Source: an uncultured bacterium
GTDB taxonomy: Bacteria; Fidelibacterota; Marinisomatia; Marinisomatales; UBA1611
Assembly: GCA_943788175.1 (NCBI GenBank)
Contig: CALSPG010000008.1
Location: forward strand, 32,001-96,000
Reading direction: 5' to 3'
Length of the DNA: 64,000 nucleotides
This document shows positions 8,399 to 18,127 of this stretch, in pieces. A program made the position numbers and the translations under genes. The notes beneath the pieces were generated by a model, which was not told the origin of the DNA, made no database searches, and was given only the letters and a program-made list of their open reading frames with translations. Each line of letters opens with the position of its first letter. Positions within the stretch are counted from its first letter, which is position 1.

Positions 8399-11014
8399 AT
8401 GAAAAATATACTAAGATTATACACCATCATTCTCATTAGTTTGCTTTTTGTAAATAAAGTAAGCGCTAACGTGGATTTAACGGTTAAATCCTTAACGACA
8501 CAAAATGAGTATGTTCCAACTTACTCAGGTTCTGAATATTTACAAGGCACATTAGAGATTGGCATTACAACTGATGAAAATATTAATCACGTGCAGATGG
8601 GTATGAATCATTACAATAGCATGGGCTTAGGTTTGCCCTATGGTGGTTTAGTAGAGCAGTACGACTTTTCTATGTCATCACTTTCAGGGGCAACTATATA
8701 CGGATATCATAATATGTTCCCACAAGAATATTATATACCTGCTGGCACTACTGATGAAACTCTTATGTACATCCCGATCCTAATTTCTGAAAATAATGAT
8801 GAAGAATTTTGTATACAATATCCAGATTTTAAAGATCTTGAGGGGAATTCATTAGTTGTGAATTTAGGCGATGAATCTTGTATTTCAATTGATGAGCTTA
8901 CCAGACTTGATTCCAATACTACAGATTCAAACACATTAACCATTCAGATAATTGATTCATCTACTGGAGATGGAATTGAGGGTGTGATAGGTAATATTTA
9001 CAACTTTAATACCAATACGCTACCTTCACTTTCTTTATCTTTTGTGACAAATGACTCTGGGTATGCATTCCTCGAAGACTATCCTAATAGTACTGGAGCT
9101 ATTGAGGTCTATAGACAAGGCTATCAGCCTTCATACCAGGAATATAACTTTTCAGGATCAGAGCAGGTAACTATATCTATGGAACCTAATGGTTTTACAG
9201 ATGGTGAAACAGACACTCTAGTAATGCAGTTTACCGATTCAAATACTGGTCAAGGTATTGAGGGGGTCTCAGTAAGTATTTATTTACCAAGTATGACTGG
9301 TGAGGATTGTTGGAATGGTGCTTGTACTATTTTTGAAACAACGGATGACTCTGGGTTTATCACAGTTCAAGATTTTCCATTAGGTCCTGGTTGGATGGAA
9401 TCATATGTAGCTGGTTATAATCCTATCAGCACACAGTTCACATTTTCCGGTTCAGAGCAACTCTCATTTACTATGGAGCCTTACGGGGATTTTGAAGGTG
9501 AAACAGACACATTAGTTGTTCAAGTTGTTGACTCAAATACGGGACAGGGCATTGCTGGTGCGGAAGGTACTATTTGGAGTTTTAGTGGCAATAATAACTT
9601 TTTGGGGGAAGAGGTAGTTTTTCCGTTTGTTACAAATGAAGACGGGTATGTTTCCATTGATAATTTCCCGATTGGTTATGGTTTTGCAGAAATAATTACG
9701 CAAGGATATTTACCGGGATTTTTACAGTTTGAGTTTACTGGCTCTCAAGAATTTACCATTAGCATGAATTCTTCCGATGATGTAGGCGATAACTTTGAAT
9801 CATTAGTTTTTCAATTTGTTGATGCTCAAAATGGTGAAGCAATTGAAAATGTAATGGGTTTTGCAATGAATTATAGCGAGGGTATTATTCCTTCAATGTC
9901 ATTTGATTTTATTTCAGATGAATTTGGTTTCGCTTATCTGGACTTTCCGTTAGGCGCTGGAGTAATAGATGCTTATACAGTTGGTTACGAACATATAAAT
10001 TTACAATTCGAGTTTTCAGGTAATGAGACAATCATTGTAGAGATGCAAAGTTTAGATCAATTTAACTCCGCATCAATCTCTGGAATAGTTGGGTATGAAT
10101 TAGAACAAAATAGTTTTCTTACTCCATTTGTATTTGCAATGAATACTGATGCTTCACTGAACTCATATTGTTCATCCGTTGCGGTAGATGGTACTGGAAA
10201 TTATGAGCTACCACTCAGCCCTGGAGAGTATGTTATTGGTGCACTCTATTTTACGAACCCTAACATTGGTTGGTTTGAAAATGCGAGCGATTCTATTAAT
10301 GATATGGGTTTTCAATTACAATTTTTTGAAAATTCTATGACCTTTGAAGACGCTACAATCATTCAAGTTAATGAAGGGGAAAGTTTAGGAAATATAAACT
10401 TTAATTTTGTATCAAATGACTTTATGGCTTTTAATGGCCAAGCAGGTAATATTGTAATGGGTGAGATTACTAGTGATAATAGCATTAATATGGAATCTAC
10501 ACTTGTTTCAGTAGTTAATATGAATGGTGAAGTTTTATCCGAACAAACAATTGGTCAAGATCAAACCTTTACAATTACTGGATTAGCGCAAAATACAAAT
10601 TATATTTTGAAAGCTAGCCACGATGAATATGGTTTTGTTGAAAGGTCTTTTTCACCGAACTCTATGGTTCACATTGAAAACATAGAATTCAATTTGAGTG
10701 CACTTTCTACTATAAATGATAATAATCAGATACCGAAGGTTTTTACTGTAAGTCAAAATTTTCCTAATCCGTTTAACCCTTTGACAACCTTGCAGTACAC
10801 GATTCCAGATAATGCAGTTGTAAAAATTACGATTTTCGATAATATGGGTAGATTAGTGAAGAATCTTATGGATGGATATCAAATTGCTGGAAGAAATACG
10901 ATACAATGGAATGCTACTGATAATATGAGTCAGCCTGTCCCTGCTGGTATGTATATATATAGAATTCAAGCGGGAAGTGATGTCAAAACAAGTAAAATGA
11001 TTTATTTAAAATAA
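8399..11014 (+). CDS. Large acidic secreted protein with tandem Ig-like/carboxypeptidase-regulatory-like repeats and secretion C-terminal domain
   Basis: Signal peptide; four approx. 95-aa repeats (TL..Q..DS.TG.GI.G); C-terminal QNFPNPFNP...KMIYLK. Confidence 0.85.
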   Translation: MKNILRLYTIILISLLFVNKVSANVDLTVKSLTTQNEYVPTYSGSEYLQGTLEIGITTDENINHVQMGMNHYNSMGLGLPYGGLVEQYDFSMSSLSGATIYGYHNMFPQEYYIPAGTTDETLMYIPILISENNDEEFCIQYPDFKDLEGNSLVVNLGDESCISIDELTRLDSNTTDSNTLTIQIIDSSTGDGIEGVIGNIYNFNTNTLPSLSLSFVTNDSGYAFLEDYPNSTGAIEVYRQGYQPSYQEYNFSGSEQVTISMEPNGFTDGETDTLVMQFTDSNTGQGIEGVSVSIYLPSMTGEDCWNGACTIFETTDDSGFITVQDFPLGPGWMESYVAGYNPISTQFTFSGSEQLSFTMEPYGDFEGETDTLVVQVVDSNTGQGIAGAEGTIWSFSGNNNFLGEEVVFPFVTNEDGYVSIDNFPIGYGFAEIITQGYLPGFLQFEFTGSQEFTISMNSSDDVGDNFESLVFQFVDAQNGEAIENVMGFAMNYSEGIIPSMSFDFISDEFGFAYLDFPLGAGVIDAYTVGYEHINLQFEFSGNETIIVEMQSLDQFNSASISGIVGYELEQNSFLTPFVFAMNTDASLNSYCSSVAVDGTGNYELPLSPGEYVIGALYFTNPNIGWFENASDSINDMGFQLQFFENSMTFEDATIIQVNEGESLGNINFNFVSNDFMAFNGQAGNIVMGEITSDNSINMESTLVSVVNMNGEVLSEQTIGQDQTFTITGLAQNTNYILKASHDEYGFVERSFSPNSMVHIENIEFNLSALSTINDNNQIPKVFTVSQNFPNPFNPLTTLQYTIPDNAVVKITIFDNMGRLVKNLMDGYQIAGRNTIQWNATDNMSQPVPAGMYIYRIQAGSDVKTSKMIYLK

Positions 11015-11027
11015 ATAACATACTGGT

Positions 11028-11051
11028 TAGGCCTCTGAAAATGGGGGCCTA
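11028..11051. terminator. Hairpin between convergent genes
   Basis: TAGGCCTCT-GAAAAT-GGGGGCCTA. Confidence 0.55.
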
Positions 11052-11068
11052 CCTAGTTATATAACTTT

Positions 11069-11986
11069 TTACATATACTTAATTAAATCTGAAAATGTCT
11101 TGTTAGCAGATATGATTGCTCCATCAGCTTGGCCAATAGAAAAAGAGTCGCCACAAATTCCTAACATTACATCCTTGTCAAAAAAGTGGCTAGGATTATT
11201 TTGTTCTTTTGAAAAAGCATATTTCCAAAAATGAAGAGCTAAGCTTGAATAGCTATTAAAGCCCAGATTCTTTAACTGTTGATTTATCATATTATGTCTT
11301 TGATCTTGATTTAAGCCTAATAATTTATTTGAAAAATCATTTGAGAAGTTAATTGTGAATATATTTTTATTATTTAGTAAGCCTTTTTGTGAGTTATTAC
11401 ATATCCATGGTGCATTTATCTCGGATCGAATGATATCGGAGCTTATTTGTTTATTACTTTGAAATGTAGAGGTAAAAAAGCTTTCATATTTTGGATTAGG
11501 AAGTTCTCCTATGGTATTTTTAAGGGGCTCAATTAATTGATTCGCCTGATCGATAGGCATCGTCAGAATAATCGATCTAGATTTTATTTCGTATGCGTTT
11601 GTTTTAACTGTCCAATTCGATTTGGTTTTTTTTAATGATACTACTTTTTGGTTAAGTATTGTATTTATGCCTAGACTTAGAAATTGAGGAATTTTATTCA
11701 TTCCATATGGAGCTATATAAGTATGATTTGAGTCATTTATTTTTGTTTTTTTAACAATATATTTGTTTTCTAATTCTTCAATTAGATTAGATAGGTCATT
11801 GCTTTTAGGACTCAAATACTGGCATCCATAATCTGCAATACCTTCCCCGACTGCTTTTGTAGAGAGACGTCCGCCAATAGTAGTACTCTTTTCAATTAGC
11901 AACGTATTTAAACCAGAACGATTGATTTTTCTTGCAATAAATGATCCGCTTAAACCAGCGCCAATAATGATAACATCGTATACCAT
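11069..11986 (-). CDS. NAD(P)/FAD-dependent oxidoreductase (renalase-like)
   Basis: IIGAGLSG, EKS..IGGRLST, ADYGCQY, W.YA, CGD motifs. Confidence 0.85.
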   Translation of the reverse strand: MVYDVIIIGAGLSGSFIARKINRSGLNTLLIEKSTTIGGRLSTKAVGEGIADYGCQYLSPKSNDLSNLIEELENKYIVKKTKINDSNHTYIAPYGMNKIPQFLSLGINTILNQKVVSLKKTKSNWTVKTNAYEIKSRSIILTMPIDQANQLIEPLKNTIGELPNPKYESFFTSTFQSNKQISSDIIRSEINAPWICNNSQKGLLNNKNIFTINFSNDFSNKLLGLNQDQRHNMINQQLKNLGFNSYSSLALHFWKYAFSKEQNNPSHFFDKDVMLGICGDSFSIGQADGAIISANKTFSDLIKYM

Positions 11987-12195
11987 AACAGCTATGTTAT
12001 TCAAGAATAACTAAAGAATTCAATATATTTCAGTCCTTATTAAAAGCCATACTTAAAAATGTAATTTTTTAAATAAGTTAATGGTTATTGAATCTTATTA
12101 CTTTCAAACAATATTTTGACATATGTATTTGTTTTAAAAAAAATCACCTTTAAATGTGATTATATTTTTGAAAATAAAACTTAAGTTTTTTATAA

Positions 12196-12435
12196 ATGAA
12201 GAACACATACGATAATTGTTATAATAATATAATTAATCTAAATGGTTCTAAATGGACATCATTAAAAACCAAAAAAGGATGGCACCATTTTGAAGTATTT
12301 AGTTTTTCTAAAAAAACACAGATTGTATCAATGTTTGCTGTCTGTGATAAAAAAATAATTTTGACTATAAAAAAACCCGAATTGAAAAATAAAGAAAAAT
12401 GGAAAAGAGGGTGGGTGAAAAATGTCAAGATCTAA
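12196..12435 (+). CDS. Trp-rich conserved protein (TIGR02450-like)
   Basis: SKWT...GWHHFEV...W.RGW pattern. Confidence 0.7.
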   Translation: MKNTYDNCYNNIINLNGSKWTSLKTKKGWHHFEVFSFSKKTQIVSMFAVCDKKIILTIKKPELKNKEKWKRGWVKNVKI

Positions 12436-12586
12436 AGTATGTCAATTATGTAAAAAAGAGTTTAATACAATGTATCGAATTATAGTTGATAATTCAAAAA
12501 AATGGATATTTTCTTGTGAAGTTTGCTTAAAAAGTGCTAAGCCAAATAATAATTTTTATCGATATGGTGGAACTTGGAAAAAATAG
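12422..12586 (+). CDS. Small zinc-ribbon-like protein, 54 aa (not in ORF track)
   Basis: MSRSKVCQLCKKEF...WIFSCEVCL...FYRYGGTWKK*; two CxxC pairs. Confidence 0.8.
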   Translation: MSRSKVCQLCKKEFNTMYRIIVDNSKKWIFSCEVCLKSAKPNNNFYRYGGTWKK

Positions 12587-12633
12587 TTTCCATTTGTTTA
12601 AACTTGTAAAATGAAACTATAACATTTCTTATT

Positions 12634-14490
12634 TTGAAAAACAATTCCTCTAAATCAGGTATTATAACTATTCTTCGAGATGGAAGAGGAATTATATATA
12701 GTACAAATGATAAATCCGATAAAGTTTTTGTTTCAAAAGAATATCTTAACGGTGCCTTTGATCAAGATGAGGTAAAGTATACGGTTCAAAAATCGTATAA
12801 TTCTTCTTTTAAAAAAGCAAAAGTCGTTCAGATCTTAGAACGAAGAAACAATACTTTTACAGGTAGAGTACATAATGAAGGAAAAAAAACTTTTATAATT
12901 GTATTCCCAAATCAGCCGAAAAAAATAAAGTTAATCAAACAACCGAAACCATTAGCTGATTTAACTGTTGTTAAGGTTGATATAGTAGATTGGAATGAGC
13001 GTGGGCCCTATGCCCATGCACAAATAAATAAAGTTATTGCACAGCCAGATGACCCATTAGCGGATCATTTATATATAGTCAACAAGTATCTAATTAATGG
13101 ATTATTCAATAAAGATAGCGGGTTAATGAATATTAATTTAAATGATTTTATTTCAGAACAGAAACATAGGACAGACTATTCTCACTTAAATACATTCAGT
13201 ATTGATCCAGATGATGCTCAAGATTTTGATGATGCGATTTCAATAAAACTCCAAAAAAATATTTATGAACTTATTATTCATATTGCTGATGTTACGGCGT
13301 TTGTTGATGAGGGCTCGCGCATTGATAGTTTGGCATTGCAAAACAGTAACTCTTATTACTTCCCTGAAAAGTCATATCACATGTTGCCAGATAAATTAGC
13401 AACTAAATATTGCTCTCTAGTCCCAAACGAAAAGCGATTAGCAGTTTCATTATACTTTGAACTAACTAAAGATGGCGATGTGGTAAGCCAACATGCAAAT
13501 CTTAGTATTATAAAGAATAAAAACAGAATGACCTATGGAAAAGTAAATGAATTACTAAGCAAAAGTGATAATATAAAAAAGCATGAAGATATATTTTTAC
13601 TTTTTGAACTGCACAAGAAGCTGAGGTCAAAAAGGTTAGAAGACGGAGCCTTGAACCTCTCAGGTGGTGAAAGTACGTTTGAATTTGATCAAAGTGGCTA
13701 CCCTGTCAGAATAGTTGATAAAAAACAAAGTGTCTCACATGCCATGGTTGAAGAGTGTATGTTGCTGGCAAATAAGTATGCGGCAAAATTACTATCGTCA
13801 AAAAGTTTTCCAATCTTTCGTAATCATGATATGCCAAGCAGAAGATCTTTCTTAAAAATAGAGTCGCTAATCAGTGCTTTTTCAAATAAGCCTAGAAATT
13901 TCAATGATTTTATTACTTCAATTAAATCAGAAAAAAAAAGAAGAGTCTTCTCAAAGTTAATTTTAAAAAATCTTAAAAGAGCTGATTATAGCCTAACGAA
14001 TAAAGGACATTATGGTTTATCATTTGATACATACATTCACTTTACTTCTCCTATAAGAAGATATGCTGATTTACATTGTCATAGGTTGTTAAAAAAAGTT
14101 TTGAGGAATGAAAAAACTGATTATTCCGTCCCTATCGAGGAAGTTATTAAAAAAATAAATTATAATGAGCAAAAATCTAAAAACGCAGAAAATGAATACA
14201 ATCGATTGAAAAAGTTGAAATATATAAAATTAAATCAAGAAAAAACTTTTTCGTGCACGATTGAGAGTTTATCTAAAAAATTTATACGTGTAAATATAAA
14301 TGAGGCAAATTTCACAGCTATTTTGTCGAAATCGTATCTTAAACATGATAGATATAGGTTAGCTCGAAACAAGCATGCCTTAGTTGGGCAATTTTCAAAC
14401 AAGACATATAAAGTTGGCGATGAATTACAGGTTGAAATAAAGAAAGTGGACATGATGAACCAAGAAGTCCATTTAAGCTTATGCAACTAG
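12634..14490 (+). CDS. RNase R/RNase II family 3'-5' exoribonuclease
   Basis: SIDPDDAQDFDDA catalytic motif, EECMLLAN, HFTSPIRRYADL, C-terminal S1-like region. Confidence 0.9.
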   Translation: MKNNSSKSGIITILRDGRGIIYSTNDKSDKVFVSKEYLNGAFDQDEVKYTVQKSYNSSFKKAKVVQILERRNNTFTGRVHNEGKKTFIIVFPNQPKKIKLIKQPKPLADLTVVKVDIVDWNERGPYAHAQINKVIAQPDDPLADHLYIVNKYLINGLFNKDSGLMNINLNDFISEQKHRTDYSHLNTFSIDPDDAQDFDDAISIKLQKNIYELIIHIADVTAFVDEGSRIDSLALQNSNSYYFPEKSYHMLPDKLATKYCSLVPNEKRLAVSLYFELTKDGDVVSQHANLSIIKNKNRMTYGKVNELLSKSDNIKKHEDIFLLFELHKKLRSKRLEDGALNLSGGESTFEFDQSGYPVRIVDKKQSVSHAMVEECMLLANKYAAKLLSSKSFPIFRNHDMPSRRSFLKIESLISAFSNKPRNFNDFITSIKSEKKRRVFSKLILKNLKRADYSLTNKGHYGLSFDTYIHFTSPIRRYADLHCHRLLKKVLRNEKTDYSVPIEEVIKKINYNEQKSKNAENEYNRLKKLKYIKLNQEKTFSCTIESLSKKFIRVNINEANFTAILSKSYLKHDRYRLARNKHALVGQFSNKTYKVGDELQVEIKKVDMMNQEVHLSLCN

Positions 14491-14595
14491 GGTTAAGATA
14501 TTCATAAAACTAAAAATCCACTAATTTCATAATTATGATTAAATAAATAATAATTATGAAAGATAAAACAATGAGTTTTATGATTGGAGATAAGT

Positions 14596-14829
14596 CTAAA
14601 AACTTCTTGAGCGGTGTTTTTCCCATTCCTCTTTTGACATAAGTTTAGTATTATTTTCTAAATGCCTCGGAGAGTAAGGGCACATAAAGCATCCATTGCC
14701 ACAACAATGTCCTCTTTCAGTTAAAAATTCTTTAGAAAGCATATTAAATACATTAGATTTTTTTTTATAATTTTCATTCGTTGTTACATATCGTAATAAA
14801 GTGATCTTTTTCTCAATTCTACTCCCCAA
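14596..14829 (-). CDS. Small Cys-rich protein (DUF5522-like); true start probably internal
   Basis: FLTERGHCCGNGCFMCPY motif. Confidence 0.65.
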   Translation of the reverse strand: MGSRIEKKITLLRYVTTNENYKKKSNVFNMLSKEFLTERGHCCGNGCFMCPYSPRHLENNTKLMSKEEWEKHRSRSF

Positions 14830-15206
14830 CTGCTGAGTCTATCTAAAAGGCTCTTCGTTTGTGCACTGCTGCCGTATTTAATTTCTTGATTTTTTACGAA
14901 TTGAACTAAGTCTTAATGCATATTAATCTTTTTTAAAAAAGTGAGTTCTTTTTGATTATTCATATAGTCGTTATTATTTAATTATGTTCAAAATACTTAG
15001 ACATATTGTACATATTTAAGCGAAAATTGTTCAAATATTTTTGCATTCATATTGCGAGAATAATTTGTAAAAAAACTGATGACATCTGATCTTAAAATCT
15101 TGATAAAAATTTTATTATCAACTAGTTTTTTTTTAAGTAAAAAAAGTGGCGGTATGGCCCCATTAGATAGTAGTCATGTTTATAGATAATGAAGGATTTT
15201 TAATTT

Positions 15207-16022
15207 ATGCCTGAGGGTCCAGAAACTCGAAGAATGGCTGATGGCTTATCAAAAGCAATCAAAAAAAAAGATCTAATTTCTTACCAGTTCTTGCATCCAA
15301 GTCTTGATAATCTTAACAAGCTAAAAGGTATAAAAGTAATAGACGTATCTTCATTAGGGAAAACAATTATTACCAGACTAAACATTGGTAAGAGTATAAT
15401 GACGCATAATCAATTATATGGGAAATGGACCGTAAATCTTACAGACACTATTGTTAAACATAATAGAAAATTAAGAATTGAATACAAAACCAGTAAAAAA
15501 ATTGCAAGGTTATGGTCTGCCACTGATATTGTATTACTTGAAACAGAAAAAGAGAACACGCATCATTATATCAAAAACTTAGGACCTGATGTTTTAAATA
15601 ACTTTGTAACGATTGAAACCATTGCTAATCAATTAGAATCAAAAAAGTTTAGAAATAGAAACCTGGGGGGACTTTTATTAAATCAAAATTTTATTGCTGG
15701 GCTAGGAAACTACCTTCGTTCTGAGATATTGTTCTTTAGTGGTCTTTTACCAACGATTAGACCTTCTGATTTAGATGCAGATCAAATATATAATTTATCT
15801 AACTCTATAAAGTGCATAAGTATGAGAGCTTACCACCAAAAAGGAAATACAATTGATAAAGATGATTTTTCAAAGAAATTTGGAAATATTTTCAATTTCA
15901 GATTAATCCGTCATATGGTTTTTGGAAGAAAAGACCAGCCTTGTTTCAATTGTAGCAATAAAGTAATCAAATCTGTGCAGAATTCAAGAAGACTCTATTA
16001 TTGTAGAGAATGTCAGATATAG
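15207..16022 (+). CDS. nei: Endonuclease VIII (Fpg/Nei family DNA glycosylase)
   Basis: N-terminal PEGPE, HNQLYG.W, AGLGNYLRSEILF (H2TH), C-terminal CxxC...CxxC zinc finger. Confidence 0.9.
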   Translation: MPEGPETRRMADGLSKAIKKKDLISYQFLHPSLDNLNKLKGIKVIDVSSLGKTIITRLNIGKSIMTHNQLYGKWTVNLTDTIVKHNRKLRIEYKTSKKIARLWSATDIVLLETEKENTHHYIKNLGPDVLNNFVTIETIANQLESKKFRNRNLGGLLLNQNFIAGLGNYLRSEILFFSGLLPTIRPSDLDADQIYNLSNSIKCISMRAYHQKGNTIDKDDFSKKFGNIFNFRLIRHMVFGRKDQPCFNCSNKVIKSVQNSRRLYYCRECQI

Positions 16023-16124
16023 ATCAAATTATTTTTGAATAAAACATTCTTAACCGTATTTATCTTTATAGAATGTTTAATTAATTGTTTTTACTGTTTG
16101 AACTAAAATAACCTACTTTTGTAT

Positions 16125-16898
16125 ATGATAAATAAATACATAGTTAAATCATTAATTATGCTATCAATTTTAACTGGTCAGGACTCGTATTCACTTCTAG
16201 ATCAAAATCCTAGTTCATCCACTTATGGTATGAATGTCGGGCCGTTATTTTTCGATGGAAAAGTTGTGCTTCATTATTTTGGTGCCTTTACATGAGGAAC
16301 TTGTACTACCAGGTTTGGTGAGTTAAATGAAATTAATGAAGACTTAAAACAAGAAGGTTATGAAGTAGAACTGATTGGCGTGAGCAAATCTTCTTGGGTT
16401 GGGGGTATTGATAATTGGGTAAATCAAGGTAGTGCCCCAATTTGTGTTGACAGTTCTCCCTACTTGATTTGGAACGATTGGAATGCTTCTCAGAGAGACT
16501 TATTTATTACAAACTCAAATGGCGAAATTGTTTTCAAAGAAAATATAACATCAGGAATTCCAAATGATATTAATGCTATAATATTGAACTATCTATCGAC
16601 TGAAAAGGATGTTCAACCAGTCACATTCAAATTAGGTCAAAATTTTCCAAATCCATTTAATGGTCAAACACAGATTCCTTTCACTCTATTTAATCCTGAA
16701 AATATATCTGTTAATATTTTTGACATAAATGGAAGAATCATAAAAAGTTTATTTGTGGGTTATCAGAATGCCGGGTCTACTGTTCTAAAATGGGATGGGA
16801 CGAATAATTTTAATGAGATTGTTTCATCAGGAATATATTTTTACAAAATTAAAACAAGTAATATTTCATCGATGAAAAAACTGATTTTTGCAAAATAA
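16125..16898 (+). CDS. Putative secreted selenoprotein: thioredoxin/peroxiredoxin-like UxxC domain plus secretion C-terminal domain (257 aa with TGA read as Sec)
   Basis: ATG 16125 is in frame with track ORF 16380; single in-frame TGA at 16293-16295 in GKVVLHYFGAFT-U-GTC-TTRFGELNE; signal peptide; SECIS-like hairpin follows. Confidence 0.85.
16305..16323 (+). promoter_or_regulatory. Bacterial SECIS-like hairpin
   Basis: ACT-ACCA-GGTT-TGGT-G-AGT; apical GG starts 16 nt after the TGA. Confidence 0.7.
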
Positions 16899-16913
16899 GG
16901 AAGAGTAATTACC

Positions 16914-17345
16914 ATGAAAAAAATATTATTTGTATGTACTGCTAATATTCATCGTAGCAGATTTGCTGAGGAAGTTTTTAATCATCTAGCCATTCAAGAG
17001 AATAAAGAATATCGCGCGTTTTCCGCTGGTCTAAGAGTAGGTGACTTTAGTTATAGAGAAATATATTATCCAGCGTTAGAACATCTTGAGTCTTTTAATA
17101 TTAAACCAATTCGTCCAAAAGAGTCCTCAATGCATATAGACGATGTAATATTAGAAGATTATTATAAAATAATTTGCATGGATAAAAACGAGCATAAACC
17201 GATGGTAGATGCAAATCCAAAGTTATCAAAATATAAATTTGAATATTGGGAAATTGTTGACATCCCTAAAGTTGAAAGCACTGTCTCTTTACCTATGTGT
17301 TATGAAAAAGTTGTTAAATTATTTAAGAATATTAATCTTAAGTAA
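16914..17345 (+). CDS. Low-molecular-weight protein-tyrosine phosphatase/arsenate reductase family
   Basis: ILFVCTANIHRS (CX5R), SAGL, IICMD, W...D.P. Confidence 0.85.
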   Translation: MKKILFVCTANIHRSRFAEEVFNHLAIQENKEYRAFSAGLRVGDFSYREIYYPALEHLESFNIKPIRPKESSMHIDDVILEDYYKIICMDKNEHKPMVDANPKLSKYKFEYWEIVDIPKVESTVSLPMCYEKVVKLFKNINLK

Positions 17346-17347
17346 AA

Positions 17348-17647
17348 ATGAGAAAAGGTGATTGCTCTGAATATGGAGGACCTAAATATAGATCTCAAAA
17401 AAAAGTTTTTGATAAGGTAAAAGTCGTATTTGAGAAAGCAATAATAAATAGAGAATTACTTTTAGATAGCCAGGTAAAGCATGAGCACAAAGATAAAATA
17501 ATCATTCTTGATTTAAGGATATCTATATGTATTAAAAAGAGAGCTCGACTTACTTTAGGTGGTTATTCTTATTTGCCAGAGGAGATGTATGATTGGGAAC
17601 CAATCTATGAAATTGACAGAAGCTTACTTCCAAAAACAGTGACTTAA
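17348..17647 (+). CDS. Hypothetical protein
   Basis: 99-aa ORF abutting previous gene. Confidence 0.55.
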   Translation: MRKGDCSEYGGPKYRSQKKVFDKVKVVFEKAIINRELLLDSQVKHEHKDKIIILDLRISICIKKRARLTLGGYSYLPEEMYDWEPIYEIDRSLLPKTVT

Positions 17648-17658
17648 ATAAGTGTTAT

Positions 17659-17838
17659 TTATTCATTTCCATCTGAAATATCTAGTCGAATAATTTTACC
17701 ATTCTTTTGTTCTACGAATAATTTATTTGGCCTACAGCAAACCTCGCAATCTATAATTTCTTGATGAACACCATCATAAACTTCAATGTTTTCGGAAAAA
17801 TGCTCATAGCAGGTGAAACATGTAATGTCTATTAACAT
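17659..17838 (-). CDS. CPXCG-type cysteine-rich small protein, 59 aa (not in ORF track)
   Basis: MLIDITCFTCYEHF...QEIIDCEVCCRPNKL...DGNE*. Confidence 0.8.
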   Translation of the reverse strand: MLIDITCFTCYEHFSENIEVYDGVHQEIIDCEVCCRPNKLFVEQKNGKIIRLDISDGNE

Positions 17839-17887
17839 AAAAGAAGAAGCTTTTGGATTATATAAGGTCTTAGTTAAGAATGATATT

Positions 17888-18127
17888 TTATTTTTGATTA
17901 TAAGATTTGAACCTAGGTGTCTTCGTTTGCGATGAGGTTCTGTGTTTTGTTTTTCTTCCAGATACCCGTTCTCTCCATAATTTAAAAGAGTTTCGTTTTA
18001 AATTTTTTCGCATCAATTTGATTACATCTGGTTCACTAATCCCGTATTGGTCTTTAATTGCATCAAAAGTAGTTCTATCTTCCCAGGCCATTTCAATGAT
18101 TCTATTTTCATCAAATAATTTTTGCAT
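17888..18127 (-). CDS. TIGR03643/DUF2805-like protein
   Basis: RIIEMAWEDRTTFDAI...SFKLWRERVSGRKTKH. Confidence 0.85.
   Translation of the reverse strand: MQKLFDENRIIEMAWEDRTTFDAIKDQYGISEPDVIKLMRKNLKRNSFKLWRERVSGRKTKHRTSSQTKTPRFKSYNQK

Noticed and set aside
14784-14963. Minus-strand 59-codon frame interrupted by one TAA
   Set aside because: No recognisable family; cannot tell a nonsense mutation from chance
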